From Thermoplasmata archaeon (GTDB lineage: Archaea; Thermoplasmatota; Thermoplasmata; Lutacidiplasmatales; SKW197), in the NCBI GenBank assembly GCA_026414225.1, contig JAOAJK010000013.1:16536-40535 (forward strand): a stretch of DNA of 24,000 bases. Direction: 5' to 3'. The position numbers were made by a program, and so were the translations under genes. Below the pieces are notes generated by a model. That model was not told where the DNA came from. It ran no database searches and saw nothing but the letters and a program-made list of their open reading frames with translations. Shown here piece after piece: positions 15,904-23,766 of the stretch. How positions within the stretch are numbered: position 1 is the first letter of the stretch; every line of letters begins with the position of its first letter.

Positions 15904-18508
15904 GATTGTTGGCGAAAGCAAAAAGGAGATTTCGAATAAAGAACCACCACAATACGAGTATCTAGCACCCCATGAATGGTCATCTAAAGAGGGGTTTGAA
16001 CTTTTTAAAAAGACAATAGAGTCGTCAAAAATTTTTGATGTTTACATTTCTAAAAATGCGGAAGAAAAGATTCTCCTCCATGCAATGAAGTACAAATCCC
16101 AGAACCTCGAAGTGATGGGATTCCTTCTGGGCGATGTGTACAAATACGACGGAAAGGTGTACACAGTTGTCCGGGACATTGTGACCTCAGACCTTGATGC
16201 CAGTGCCGTTCATGTGAAATTTGACAAGGAGGGTTATGAGAAACTGTTTGAACAGCTGGATGAAATTCCATTTGATTACATTCTGGTTGGCTGGTATCAC
16301 TCACATCCCGGCCACACATGTTTTCTCTCCAGCACCGACATTTCAACCCAGACCAAGATGTTTCCGCATGAATATCACTGTGCAATCGTAGTAGACCCGA
16401 TAAACGAAGAGTTTGCGGTCTTTGGTGTCAGGAACATGGATTATTACTCCCGTCCCTATGCAATTTTCTGGGAGGAATTGCAGAAACCATATGACTGCGG
16501 AAAATGGAAACCGGAAATGGGAAAAATTCAGTATCCTGTCAAAAAGAAAAAGATGCTGAAGAAGAAGGAGCACTCTGATGAGGATTCCAAGGTGTGTCCC
16601 AGATGCAAGGCAGAAGTGAGTTTTGCAGAAGCCATCTGCCCGAACTGCAAGTATGAGTTTGAGATGCCTAGCATAGAGGATTCCCTCGCTACCCTTAGCG
16701 AAAAGTACAGAGAACTGGAAAACCTGAAAAATGAGCTTGCTGCAAGGGAGGAAGCCCTCAAAACCAAAGAAAGTGACCTTTATGTCTGGGAAGAGGACCT
16801 TAAGATGCGGGAAAACAAACTCCAGGAAAACTATTCGGATATTAACAAGAAAATTGCGGAACTCACAGAATGGGAGAACTGGTTGAAGGCAGAGGAAGAG
16901 AGAATTAAACAGATTGGAATTGAGTTAAACGCAAAGGTGCAGGCGTTTGATGCAATGTCCCAGGACCTCAGGAAGCGCGAAGAAAACCTGACAGTCCAGA
17001 TGTACCAGCTCGAGATGGAACGGAATGCATTGAATGCAAAGTTTGAAGAACTGAGGCAATGGGAGGAGCGTTTAAAGGAAGCCCAGGAATACCCGCAAAA
17101 CATTGCAACCATGCCTGAGGAGATGCGGAAGAAGATAGAGGCGGATTTAAAGGAGCTGAGACAGATACGGGAGGAACTGCGGATAAAGGAGAAGGAGTTG
17201 AATTTAAAAGAAAAATGGATTCTCGATGCAATCCAATCCCTTAAAGAAGAAACAGGGGAGAAGGAAAAAGTTGAGAAATTTATAAAACTAATGGAGGAAC
17301 TGGAAAGAGAAAAGAGAGAAGTTGACACCAAGGCAACAGAGCAGGCAGCGATGGGGGCCATGCTGGCTGAGAAGGAAAAGCTATTCAAGGAGAAGGAGGA
17401 ATGGCTCAAGGCGGAGGAGGACCGCGCCCGTGTGCTTGCTGCAGAGCTGGAAGAAAAGGAAAGACAGCTCAATCAGATGCTTGCAGAAACCTCCGAAAAG
17501 AACGAAGAAATAGACCGTATGAAGATTGCACTTTCCAAGGCAATCGAGCAGACAAATGCAAAAGCCATTGAACTGAACGAAGCCAAGGAAAGATTGAAGA
17601 AGGAAGAAAACGATGTGATCCGTGTCAAGCAAGAACTGGAAACTCGCAGAGTCGCAATAGAGGATAAGGAAAAAGTGCTTTATGAGAAGGAAGAATTTAT
17701 CAGAAGCGAGGAGGAAAAACTGAAGGCAATGAACCTGAGATTGATGGAAAAAGATAGGGAGTTGCGGGAAAGAGAGGCCTTGGTTTCAGAACAGGAAAAA
17801 GTCATGGCGGAAGAGCGTGCCCGGATGGAGGAAGCGAGGAAAGAATACAATCAGCGTGTGGATAAAATCACAAGGTATGAGGCGACGCTCACCGAACGGG
17901 AGAGAACTTTTGCAGAGAAAGAGGAGTATATTGAGAGAAAAATTGTGGAGCTGGAAGGACGGGAGCGGGAGTTAAATGAGCGAGAGGAAAATGTGAAGAA
18001 GAAGGAGGAGGAGATTGCGAAAGACCTTGCTGTTATCGATGAGATGGGAAAGGAATTTGCTACCAGAAAGAAACAGATGGATGAACTTGAAGCAACGATC
18101 ACTGCGAAAAAAGAAGAGGTGGAGCAGGAAAAGAAGAATGTGGATGCCATGCTTCACGAAATAGAGCTAAAGACCCAGGCGGTTATTGAGGAAAAGAGCA
18201 ATATTGAAGCGGAAAAGGAGACCCTCAAACGGATGCGGGGAGAACTCGAAACTGCAATTGTTGATCTGGCCGGAAAAAAACTACCGCCAGATGCTCTTAA
18301 AGCTGAAATTGTGAGGGAAGTTGTGGAGAGGGTAGAGAAGGAACTCGCACCAGCAGTCAAGAAATTCCTGGAAGTAAAATCCAATGCTGAAAAGGTAATG
18401 GAGAAACTGAAGAAGCAGAAGGAAGAAATTCTCAAGGAGAAAGAGGAAGCCGAGGAAATTCTGAGAAAGCTTGAGAAAAAGGGATTTAAAAAGACCCAGG
18501 GAGGTTAA
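15884..18508 (+). CDS. JAMM/MPN+ metalloprotease (Rpn11/Bil JAB-like deconjugase/Ubl-processing enzyme) fused to a zinc ribbon and a ~600-aa coiled coil
   Basis: The ORF track starts at 15854. The ATG at 15884 has GGAGGAG 6 nt upstream and overlaps the E2 stop by 20 nt. The MPN+ motifs are Glu in NLEVMGFLLGD and the exact JAMM signature HSHPGHTCFLSSTD (HxHx7SxxD; cac tca cat at 16298-16306). The zinc ribbon is CPRC-x10-CPNC (16595-16648). Roughly from 16680 to the stop, the sequence is continuous E/K/R/L-rich heptad-like sequence. Confidence 0.85.
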   Translation: MAREKPKIVGESKKEISNKEPPQYEYLAPHEWSSKEGFELFKKTIESSKIFDVYISKNAEEKILLHAMKYKSQNLEVMGFLLGDVYKYDGKVYTVVRDIVTSDLDASAVHVKFDKEGYEKLFEQLDEIPFDYILVGWYHSHPGHTCFLSSTDISTQTKMFPHEYHCAIVVDPINEEFAVFGVRNMDYYSRPYAIFWEELQKPYDCGKWKPEMGKIQYPVKKKKMLKKKEHSDEDSKVCPRCKAEVSFAEAICPNCKYEFEMPSIEDSLATLSEKYRELENLKNELAAREEALKTKESDLYVWEEDLKMRENKLQENYSDINKKIAELTEWENWLKAEEERIKQIGIELNAKVQAFDAMSQDLRKREENLTVQMYQLEMERNALNAKFEELRQWEERLKEAQEYPQNIATMPEEMRKKIEADLKELRQIREELRIKEKELNLKEKWILDAIQSLKEETGEKEKVEKFIKLMEELEREKREVDTKATEQAAMGAMLAEKEKLFKEKEEWLKAEEDRARVLAAELEEKERQLNQMLAETSEKNEEIDRMKIALSKAIEQTNAKAIELNEAKERLKKEENDVIRVKQELETRRVAIEDKEKVLYEKEEFIRSEEEKLKAMNLRLMEKDRELREREALVSEQEKVMAEERARMEEARKEYNQRVDKITRYEATLTERERTFAEKEEYIERKIVELEGRERELNEREENVKKKEEEIAKDLAVIDEMGKEFATRKKQMDELEATITAKKEEVEQEKKNVDAMLHEIELKTQAVIEEKSNIEAEKETLKRMRGELETAIVDLAGKKLPPDALKAEIVREVVERVEKELAPAVKKFLEVKSNAEKVMEKLKKQKEEILKEKEEAEEILRKLEKKGFKKTQGG

Positions 18509-18509
18509 G

Positions 18510-19343
18510 ATGACAGCCAATAAGGTATTGAAGGTGGGAATGCATGACGAGGACATGTTTGATAGAGAAAAGAGAATTCCATGGATCAAATTCAATTTAC
18601 TCCAGAAAAGTAAGGTGCTTGTGGTGGGTGCAGGTGCCCTTGGCAATGAGGTGGGGAAAAACCTGGTTCTCTCAGGTTTCAAGAATATCTCAATAGTGGA
18701 CATGGATAAAATTGTGAAATCCAATTTAAGCAGATGTGCTCTTTTCCGAATTGAAGATGCAGAGAAAGGGCTGCTCAAGGCAGAAGTCCTTGCCAGAGAG
18801 CTGAAAAAACTGGATAAAACCGTGAGGGTTTCCTGGTACTCCAAACCAATTCAGGAACTCCCAGAGGATTTTCTCAAGGAGTTTGACATTATCTTCGGAT
18901 GCCTGGACAACATCATGGCGAGGTTATACATCAACTCCCACGCATACTATTACGGAATTCCCCTGGTAGATGGAGGCACACTCGGTACATCTGGAAAGGT
19001 TCAGGTGGTACTGCCTCCCAGAACCGCATGTATAGAATGCGGAATGAACAAAACCCATTTCAAAAATCTGGAGCAAATCTTTTCTTGCTCGGGAAGGGAG
19101 GATGTGACAATCTACTCTCCGAAGCTGCCAGCGGAAATTACTACTACTGCTGTGATTTCAGCGCTCCAGGTACTCTCAGGAATAAAGATAATCTCAAAAC
19201 AGTATGACTCCCTCCCCTACAACCTGATTTACTATGATGGATACCGGAATGTGTTTGAGGTCCTTGAAGTTCCCCTGAATAGTCACTGTCCCAACCACAT
19301 AACCCAGCCAACAAAACCAAAGAAGGAGAAAAAGAGGAAATAA
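18510..19343 (+). CDS. E1-like Ubl-activating enzyme (ThiF/MoeB/UBA family adenylation domain)
   Basis: The ORF track starts at 18471. The ATG at 18510 sits 1 nt after the JAMM gene stop and is preceded by GGGAGG (18499-18504). It has the Rossmann ATP loop VLVVGAGALGNEVGKNL, the IVDMDKIVKSNLSRCALF block (D-x-D...NL-x-R), FGCLDNIMARLYIN, DGGTLGTSGKVQVV, and the zinc-site pairs CIEC ... CPNH. Confidence 0.85.
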   Translation: MTANKVLKVGMHDEDMFDREKRIPWIKFNLLQKSKVLVVGAGALGNEVGKNLVLSGFKNISIVDMDKIVKSNLSRCALFRIEDAEKGLLKAEVLARELKKLDKTVRVSWYSKPIQELPEDFLKEFDIIFGCLDNIMARLYINSHAYYYGIPLVDGGTLGTSGKVQVVLPPRTACIECGMNKTHFKNLEQIFSCSGREDVTIYSPKLPAEITTTAVISALQVLSGIKIISKQYDSLPYNLIYYDGYRNVFEVLEVPLNSHCPNHITQPTKPKKEKKRK

Positions 19344-19360
19344 AATTTTTAAATTTATTC
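19337..19360. terminator. Possible bidirectional terminator between convergent genes (AT-only imperfect inverted repeat with oligo-T)
   Basis: Only 11 nt separate the E1 stop (19343) from the convergent stop (19355). The sequence gaaataaaatttttaaatttattc contains a T5 run on + and a T4 run on -, and an imperfect inverted repeat (gaaataaaattt / aaatttattc). Archaeal termination commonly uses oligo-T tracts. Confidence 0.3.
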
Positions 19361-21100
19361 AAACCCTGGTGGGAGATATTCGCCAGGTTTCTGGTGCCAT
19401 GCGACGCTCTTCCCTTTCTTCTTCTTCCTCTTCTCTTTCCACTCTGGAATCTTGTGTCTTAGATAGAAATACCAGAGCAGGAAGACCACGAGGACTGTAA
19501 TAACCACCGCTGCAACGATGTATGGCGTGTAGTCGGGCGGTGGCGGCGGCACCTCGGTCATTTTCTGCTTTACCTGTGAGTCAGCATATAGCTCTGTTAT
19601 GCATATGACCCTTAGCTTGAAGAAGTATGTGGTCCCTGGCTGAAGTCCGCCCACTTCTTTATATGTGGTGTCTTTATTGGTAATTACATACCTTTTCTCT
19701 GCATTCTGGGGGTTAGTGGAAATTGTATTGAGATTAGAATCGCAGTAGAGTTCGTATCTCGCGAAGTCGGGTGCAGTGGATGCAGACCAGGTCACATTCA
19801 TCGATGTGGTTGTGACATCAAAAAAGCCAAAAATTTCACAGGGCTGGGGTTTGATTGCCTTTGGATTGTCAAACATGTAAACTCCAGCCGGATTATCTGT
19901 TACTCTGTATGCTGCACCCAGCGCTATGCGACTTCCATCATCGCGGCTCATATCTATGCTGCTCACCAGATCGAAGTCAGTGGAAAGTTCGATGCTGCGG
20001 AACGGTTTATGCACAGGCACATAAATCAGCCACATGTTCTTTGCAGTGGCGACGACAATGTAATTTCCGTCTTTGTCCATGAACGCATTTACAATTGTGT
20101 TGTTATCAGGTGTGGTCCAGTTCCATTTGAACCTCTTCGAGAATTCCATTGTGGAAAAATCGAGGAATGTAATCTGTTTTCCGACCGCCACAAAGCCCTC
20201 ACTGCCCGAATAATTCATAGAAGTGGCTACTGCGTCTCTGATTCCATCAACCCTCCATACCTCCTTGTTCTGGGTCTGGATGAATTTCAGAATTGCATTA
20301 TTGGTGCAGACCATGATAACGGTGCCATCATCGGACATCTTCATTGCGGTAATTCTAGAAAGATAACCTGAACCAAGGATGTCTCTCAAGCGGTCTGTCT
20401 GCCACTTCGGGCCATAAGGGCTATCCCTCTCGTAGAGTTCAAGCCGCACATAGGTGTCTGACTCGGAGACACCGACCACAAAGAATTTACCATCGTAGGA
20501 AGCGGAAAGTCCGTACTTGGCTCTCGCATCGGAAAAACCTGTCTGGTAGTTCCAGAGTTCAGTGCCTGTTTCTACATTGTACATTGAGACATTGTATTTC
20601 CATGTGTTCGACCATCTGTAATAGTAAGTGACCATCAGCAGTTTGCCATCCGCAGAAATATCAAAACCAGTTATATTGCCAGGTCTCGGCTGGGAGACAT
20701 TCCATCCATATTGAGGCGGTTGATTCGGGGAGTAGATGCGGAAAGGTGTCTGCATATCCTGTCTGTAAATCCTGACTGCTCCTCTATCGGAAACGAATAG
20801 CAGCGGCGGGTCTGCCTTCTTTGCAATCTTTATGCCCGTAATGTCAGCACCGTACAACCATGTTCTCACGAGGCTACCCGTGTCCGCCTCAAACAGATAT
20901 ACATTGTTTGCGTAATCGTAGGCACCAATGTATTTGGCGTCATCAGTGATAGAAATCCCTTTTACAGTGCTGTTTGTCTCGTACTTCCAGGTCCATTCGA
21001 GAGCATAGCCACCTTCTGCATTTCTGGGGGCACTATGGGGGTAAACCCCGCTTATCATTATCCAAATCAGCATAAGAACTACGATTCTGCCCGCTTTCAT
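19355..21100 (-). CDS. Secreted, C-terminally membrane-anchored beta-propeller (WD40/PQQ-like repeats) + fibronectin type III domain protein
   Basis: 581 aa. The N-terminal signal or anchor is MKAGRIVVLMLIWIMISGV. There are about 7-8 blade-like repeats of the form I(T/S)x(I/M)xxSxDGxxΦΦΦ (e.g. ITGFDISADGKLLMV, ITAMKMSDDGTVIMV, VNAFMDKDGNYIVVA, VSSIDMSRDDGSRIAL). An FN3-like segment follows (TSMNVTWSASTAPDFARYELY...GLQPGTTYFFKLRV), then a PPPPP linker, the TM helix YIVAAVVITVLVVFLLWYFYL and a basic tail. A GGTGAT Shine-Dalgarno site lies 4 nt before the ATG, and the TATA-like gttataaatacc is at 21130-21141. Confidence 0.7.
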   Translation of the reverse strand: MKAGRIVVLMLIWIMISGVYPHSAPRNAEGGYALEWTWKYETNSTVKGISITDDAKYIGAYDYANNVYLFEADTGSLVRTWLYGADITGIKIAKKADPPLLFVSDRGAVRIYRQDMQTPFRIYSPNQPPQYGWNVSQPRPGNITGFDISADGKLLMVTYYYRWSNTWKYNVSMYNVETGTELWNYQTGFSDARAKYGLSASYDGKFFVVGVSESDTYVRLELYERDSPYGPKWQTDRLRDILGSGYLSRITAMKMSDDGTVIMVCTNNAILKFIQTQNKEVWRVDGIRDAVATSMNYSGSEGFVAVGKQITFLDFSTMEFSKRFKWNWTTPDNNTIVNAFMDKDGNYIVVATAKNMWLIYVPVHKPFRSIELSTDFDLVSSIDMSRDDGSRIALGAAYRVTDNPAGVYMFDNPKAIKPQPCEIFGFFDVTTTSMNVTWSASTAPDFARYELYCDSNLNTISTNPQNAEKRYVITNKDTTYKEVGGLQPGTTYFFKLRVICITELYADSQVKQKMTEVPPPPPDYTPYIVAAVVITVLVVFLLWYFYLRHKIPEWKEKRKKKKGKSVAWHQKPGEYLPPGFE

Positions 21101-21195
21101 TTAATCACCACTGAGAGGATTACTTATGGGTATTTATAACTTTCTTGGATTGACTTCAGAAAGGAATTAATAGTTTTCGGGATTATCATTGTTTG

Positions 21196-23766
21196 ATGAG
21201 TGTATCCCTTAATCTACCGCCAGCATTCGTGGACAGAAAGAGAGAAATATCTCACCTGGATAAATTCGTAGAGAATGTATTTAGTGGTGCGGGGAGTGTG
21301 CTGCTGATTCAAGGAGAGGGAGGTGTGGGAAAAACCCGATTGCTGGAAGAAGTGAAAAGGATGGCCGGGGAAAAAGGGTTTTATGTTTTACCCTCCAAGT
21401 GTTTACCTGGCACCACCTCCCCCCTCTCCCCTTTCTACGAGGCCCTCAAATTTGTAAACCTGGAACACCTTCTTGTAGAAAGCTCCCCGAATTTGGATGC
21501 CCTTTATGTTGTGAACAAGGGGGGCATAATCCTCTCGAAATACGAGAAGACAGTGAAGAACATAGACCCCGACATCTTTCTTGGAATGGTCACAGCGGTG
21601 GAGAACTTCATAAGGGATTCGATGACCCAGATTGCCGGAAAAGAGCAGGTCGAAATTGAAGAAAAGCTGGGAGTGATGAGGCACGGAGAATTCACAATCG
21701 TGAACATGCCTGGCAAAAACATAAACCTGGTTGCCCTTGTTGAGGGCGTTGAAAACGAGTACCTGCTGGATGACATGGGCCGCCTGATTGAGAGAATAGA
21801 AGCAATCTCGGATGCCTCCGAGGGGATGCACGCTGAACTGGAAGAAATGCTCAGGGCACTCGTGGAATCTGATAAGTATACGCGGATTGCTCTGGAAACG
21901 GTGGACAGAAGGACTGGCATTTTTGAGAATGTGCTCCTAGGAATCAAGAGAATCTCCTCGAGAAAACCAGTCCTGCTGGTTATCGATGACCTGCAGTGGG
22001 CGGACAGTTCATCGCTTTCCCTGCTCAATTATATAGGGCGAGACATTGCTGCAGAAAGGGTGGGTATAATATGTGCTGCAAGGTCAGATGAAATTCCAAC
22101 GGCTAGCATGCTCCCAGACATGATAGATGCAATGAGAACGGAGAACATATTGGAACTGCTCAATCTCGCGCCACTGGATAGGGGGGGTGTGGAGGAGTTG
22201 ATAGAACGTGTGCTGGGCGGGCATGTGGACGCTGGCTTCAAGGAAAGGGTCTACATCGAAGCTGAGGGCAATCCCCTATTTGTCATCGAACTTTTGAAGT
22301 ATCTTACGGATAAAGGGTTGCTCCGCAGAGAGGCGGAACTCTGGGTCTATGAGAAGGAAGAAATAAGGATACCCGAGAGAATTTATGAAATAATAAAGGA
22401 AAAAATCACCAGGTTGAATGCGGACGAGTTTGAGGTGCTTGAGACCGCTAGCGTGCTAGGAACCGAGTTTATAACTTCGTTGCTGGAAAAAATGGTGGAT
22501 ATGGACAGGATAAAACTGCTTAGGGCCCTCTCAAGAATCGAAAAAATTCACGGGTTGATAAAACAGGAAGGGGGCAAATACAGATTCGATCCCACCAAAA
22601 TCCGGGATGTGATATACGATGAGATGGGGTCGGAACTCAGGCAAGCCCTGCACGAAATGGTGGGGAAAATCCTGGAGGAGGAGTACAAAAAAGGAGACGA
22701 GGAAAAGATTCTTGGAGCCATTTATCACTACAGAAAAGCCGGATGTCTGGATAAATTAAAGGACTACGGACTCGTGGTTGCGGACAAACTCGCCGGGAGA
22801 TTTGCATATGATGAAGCTGTAGAGGTTTTAAAGGCACTTTATAATTCCCTTAACAGACACGATTTAAAGGAAAAAGAGATAGCAATGGCTGCCCTTGAAA
22901 AGATGATTGAAGTTTTGCTCTCGTCTGGACTTTATGAGGATGCAATGAAAGCGCTGGAGGAAAAAATTTCCCAGTCGGGAGATGGAGATGATAAAGCAGT
23001 CCAGACCCATGTAACACGTTCTGAGATATACTTAAAAATGGGTGAGCATGAAAAGGCGATGGAGAGCATAAACAGGGCGTTTGAATTGCTGGCTCGGACC
23101 CGTGGGACTTGCGCGCCTGAAATCGCAAGGATGCTCAGCATCAAGGGGTACATTCACGAGAGGGCAGGCAATTACCAGAACGCAATTGAATGTCAGGAGA
23201 AAGCCCTGGAGTTGTTCAGTAAGGAGAGAAAAGAAAAGGAGATTGCAACCTGCTATACCAGAATCGGTTCTACCCATTACTATCTGGGGAACTACGACGA
23301 GTGCATTGCGTGTTTAAGAATCGCTGAGGAAATTTTTGCCAGAAACAATGACAAGTATGGACTCTCCCAGGTGTATAACAATCTAGGAATGGTATACTAT
23401 GAACTGGAGGATTTCAGGAATGCAGAACGGTATCTCGAGAAAACTGTAGAACTGAAGGAAACGGTTCATGATATGGCAGGAATTGCAATTGCAAAAAACA
23501 ACCTTGGAAATGTTCATTTCGAAATGGGAAACCTGGAGAAGGCAATAGGGCTCTACATCGAAGCCAGGCGCCTCTGCAAGAAAACTGGAGATAAATGGAT
23601 GTTTGTTTACAACCAGATAGACCTTGCGGAGGCGTTTGCTGAAAAAGGAGACGAGATAAAATTTCGGTCAGCTATCGAGGAAGCCCTGAATGTGGCTTCA
23701 CAAATTGGGATGGAAAAAGAGGTAGTAGAGGCAAAAGAAGAAATGGAAAAAAGGTTCAGGCGTTGA
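21196..23766 (+). CDS. STAND-type AAA_16 P-loop ATPase with C-terminal TPR array and a ~100-aa insertion in the NTPase domain
   Basis: TTG at 21193, ATG at 21196. Walker A is LLIQGEGGVGKTRLLEE and Walker B is PVLLVIDDLQWADSSSLSLL. A helical arm follows, then at least 6 TPR-like repeats (e.g. IATCYTRIGSTHYYLGNYDECIACLRIAEEIF, LSQVYNNLGMVYYELEDFRNAERYLEKTVEL, IAKNNLGNVHFEMGNLEKAIGLYIEARRL). About 225 aa separate Walker A from Walker B, noticeably more than I expect for AAA_16. Confidence 0.8.
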   Translation: MSVSLNLPPAFVDRKREISHLDKFVENVFSGAGSVLLIQGEGGVGKTRLLEEVKRMAGEKGFYVLPSKCLPGTTSPLSPFYEALKFVNLEHLLVESSPNLDALYVVNKGGIILSKYEKTVKNIDPDIFLGMVTAVENFIRDSMTQIAGKEQVEIEEKLGVMRHGEFTIVNMPGKNINLVALVEGVENEYLLDDMGRLIERIEAISDASEGMHAELEEMLRALVESDKYTRIALETVDRRTGIFENVLLGIKRISSRKPVLLVIDDLQWADSSSLSLLNYIGRDIAAERVGIICAARSDEIPTASMLPDMIDAMRTENILELLNLAPLDRGGVEELIERVLGGHVDAGFKERVYIEAEGNPLFVIELLKYLTDKGLLRREAELWVYEKEEIRIPERIYEIIKEKITRLNADEFEVLETASVLGTEFITSLLEKMVDMDRIKLLRALSRIEKIHGLIKQEGGKYRFDPTKIRDVIYDEMGSELRQALHEMVGKILEEEYKKGDEEKILGAIYHYRKAGCLDKLKDYGLVVADKLAGRFAYDEAVEVLKALYNSLNRHDLKEKEIAMAALEKMIEVLLSSGLYEDAMKALEEKISQSGDGDDKAVQTHVTRSEIYLKMGEHEKAMESINRAFELLARTRGTCAPEIARMLSIKGYIHERAGNYQNAIECQEKALELFSKERKEKEIATCYTRIGSTHYYLGNYDECIACLRIAEEIFARNNDKYGLSQVYNNLGMVYYELEDFRNAERYLEKTVELKETVHDMAGIAIAKNNLGNVHFEMGNLEKAIGLYIEARRLCKKTGDKWMFVYNQIDLAEAFAEKGDEIKFRSAIEEALNVASQIGMEKEVVEAKEEMEKRFRR

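Noticed and set aside
18497-18508. The JAMM/coiled-coil protein ends exactly in ...KKTQGG-stop, resembling a mature Ubl C-terminus
   Set aside because: The two Gly codons (gga ggt) are the GGAGGT Shine-Dalgarno sequence of the E1 gene, which starts at 18510. The preceding ~600 aa are helical coiled coil, not a beta-grasp fold. The GG is best explained by the overlapping ribosome-binding site.
16528-18844. Numerous long minus-strand ORFs (e.g. 16831..17472, 213 aa; 18281..18844, 187 aa; 17851..18150; 18154..18435), rich in Ser/Phe/Leu
   Set aside because: They are antisense shadows of the purine-rich (GAA/AAG/GAG) coiled-coil coding region on the plus strand. The translations are low-complexity poly-S/F/L with no motifs, and the plus-strand frame has clear JAMM and coiled-coil coding signal.
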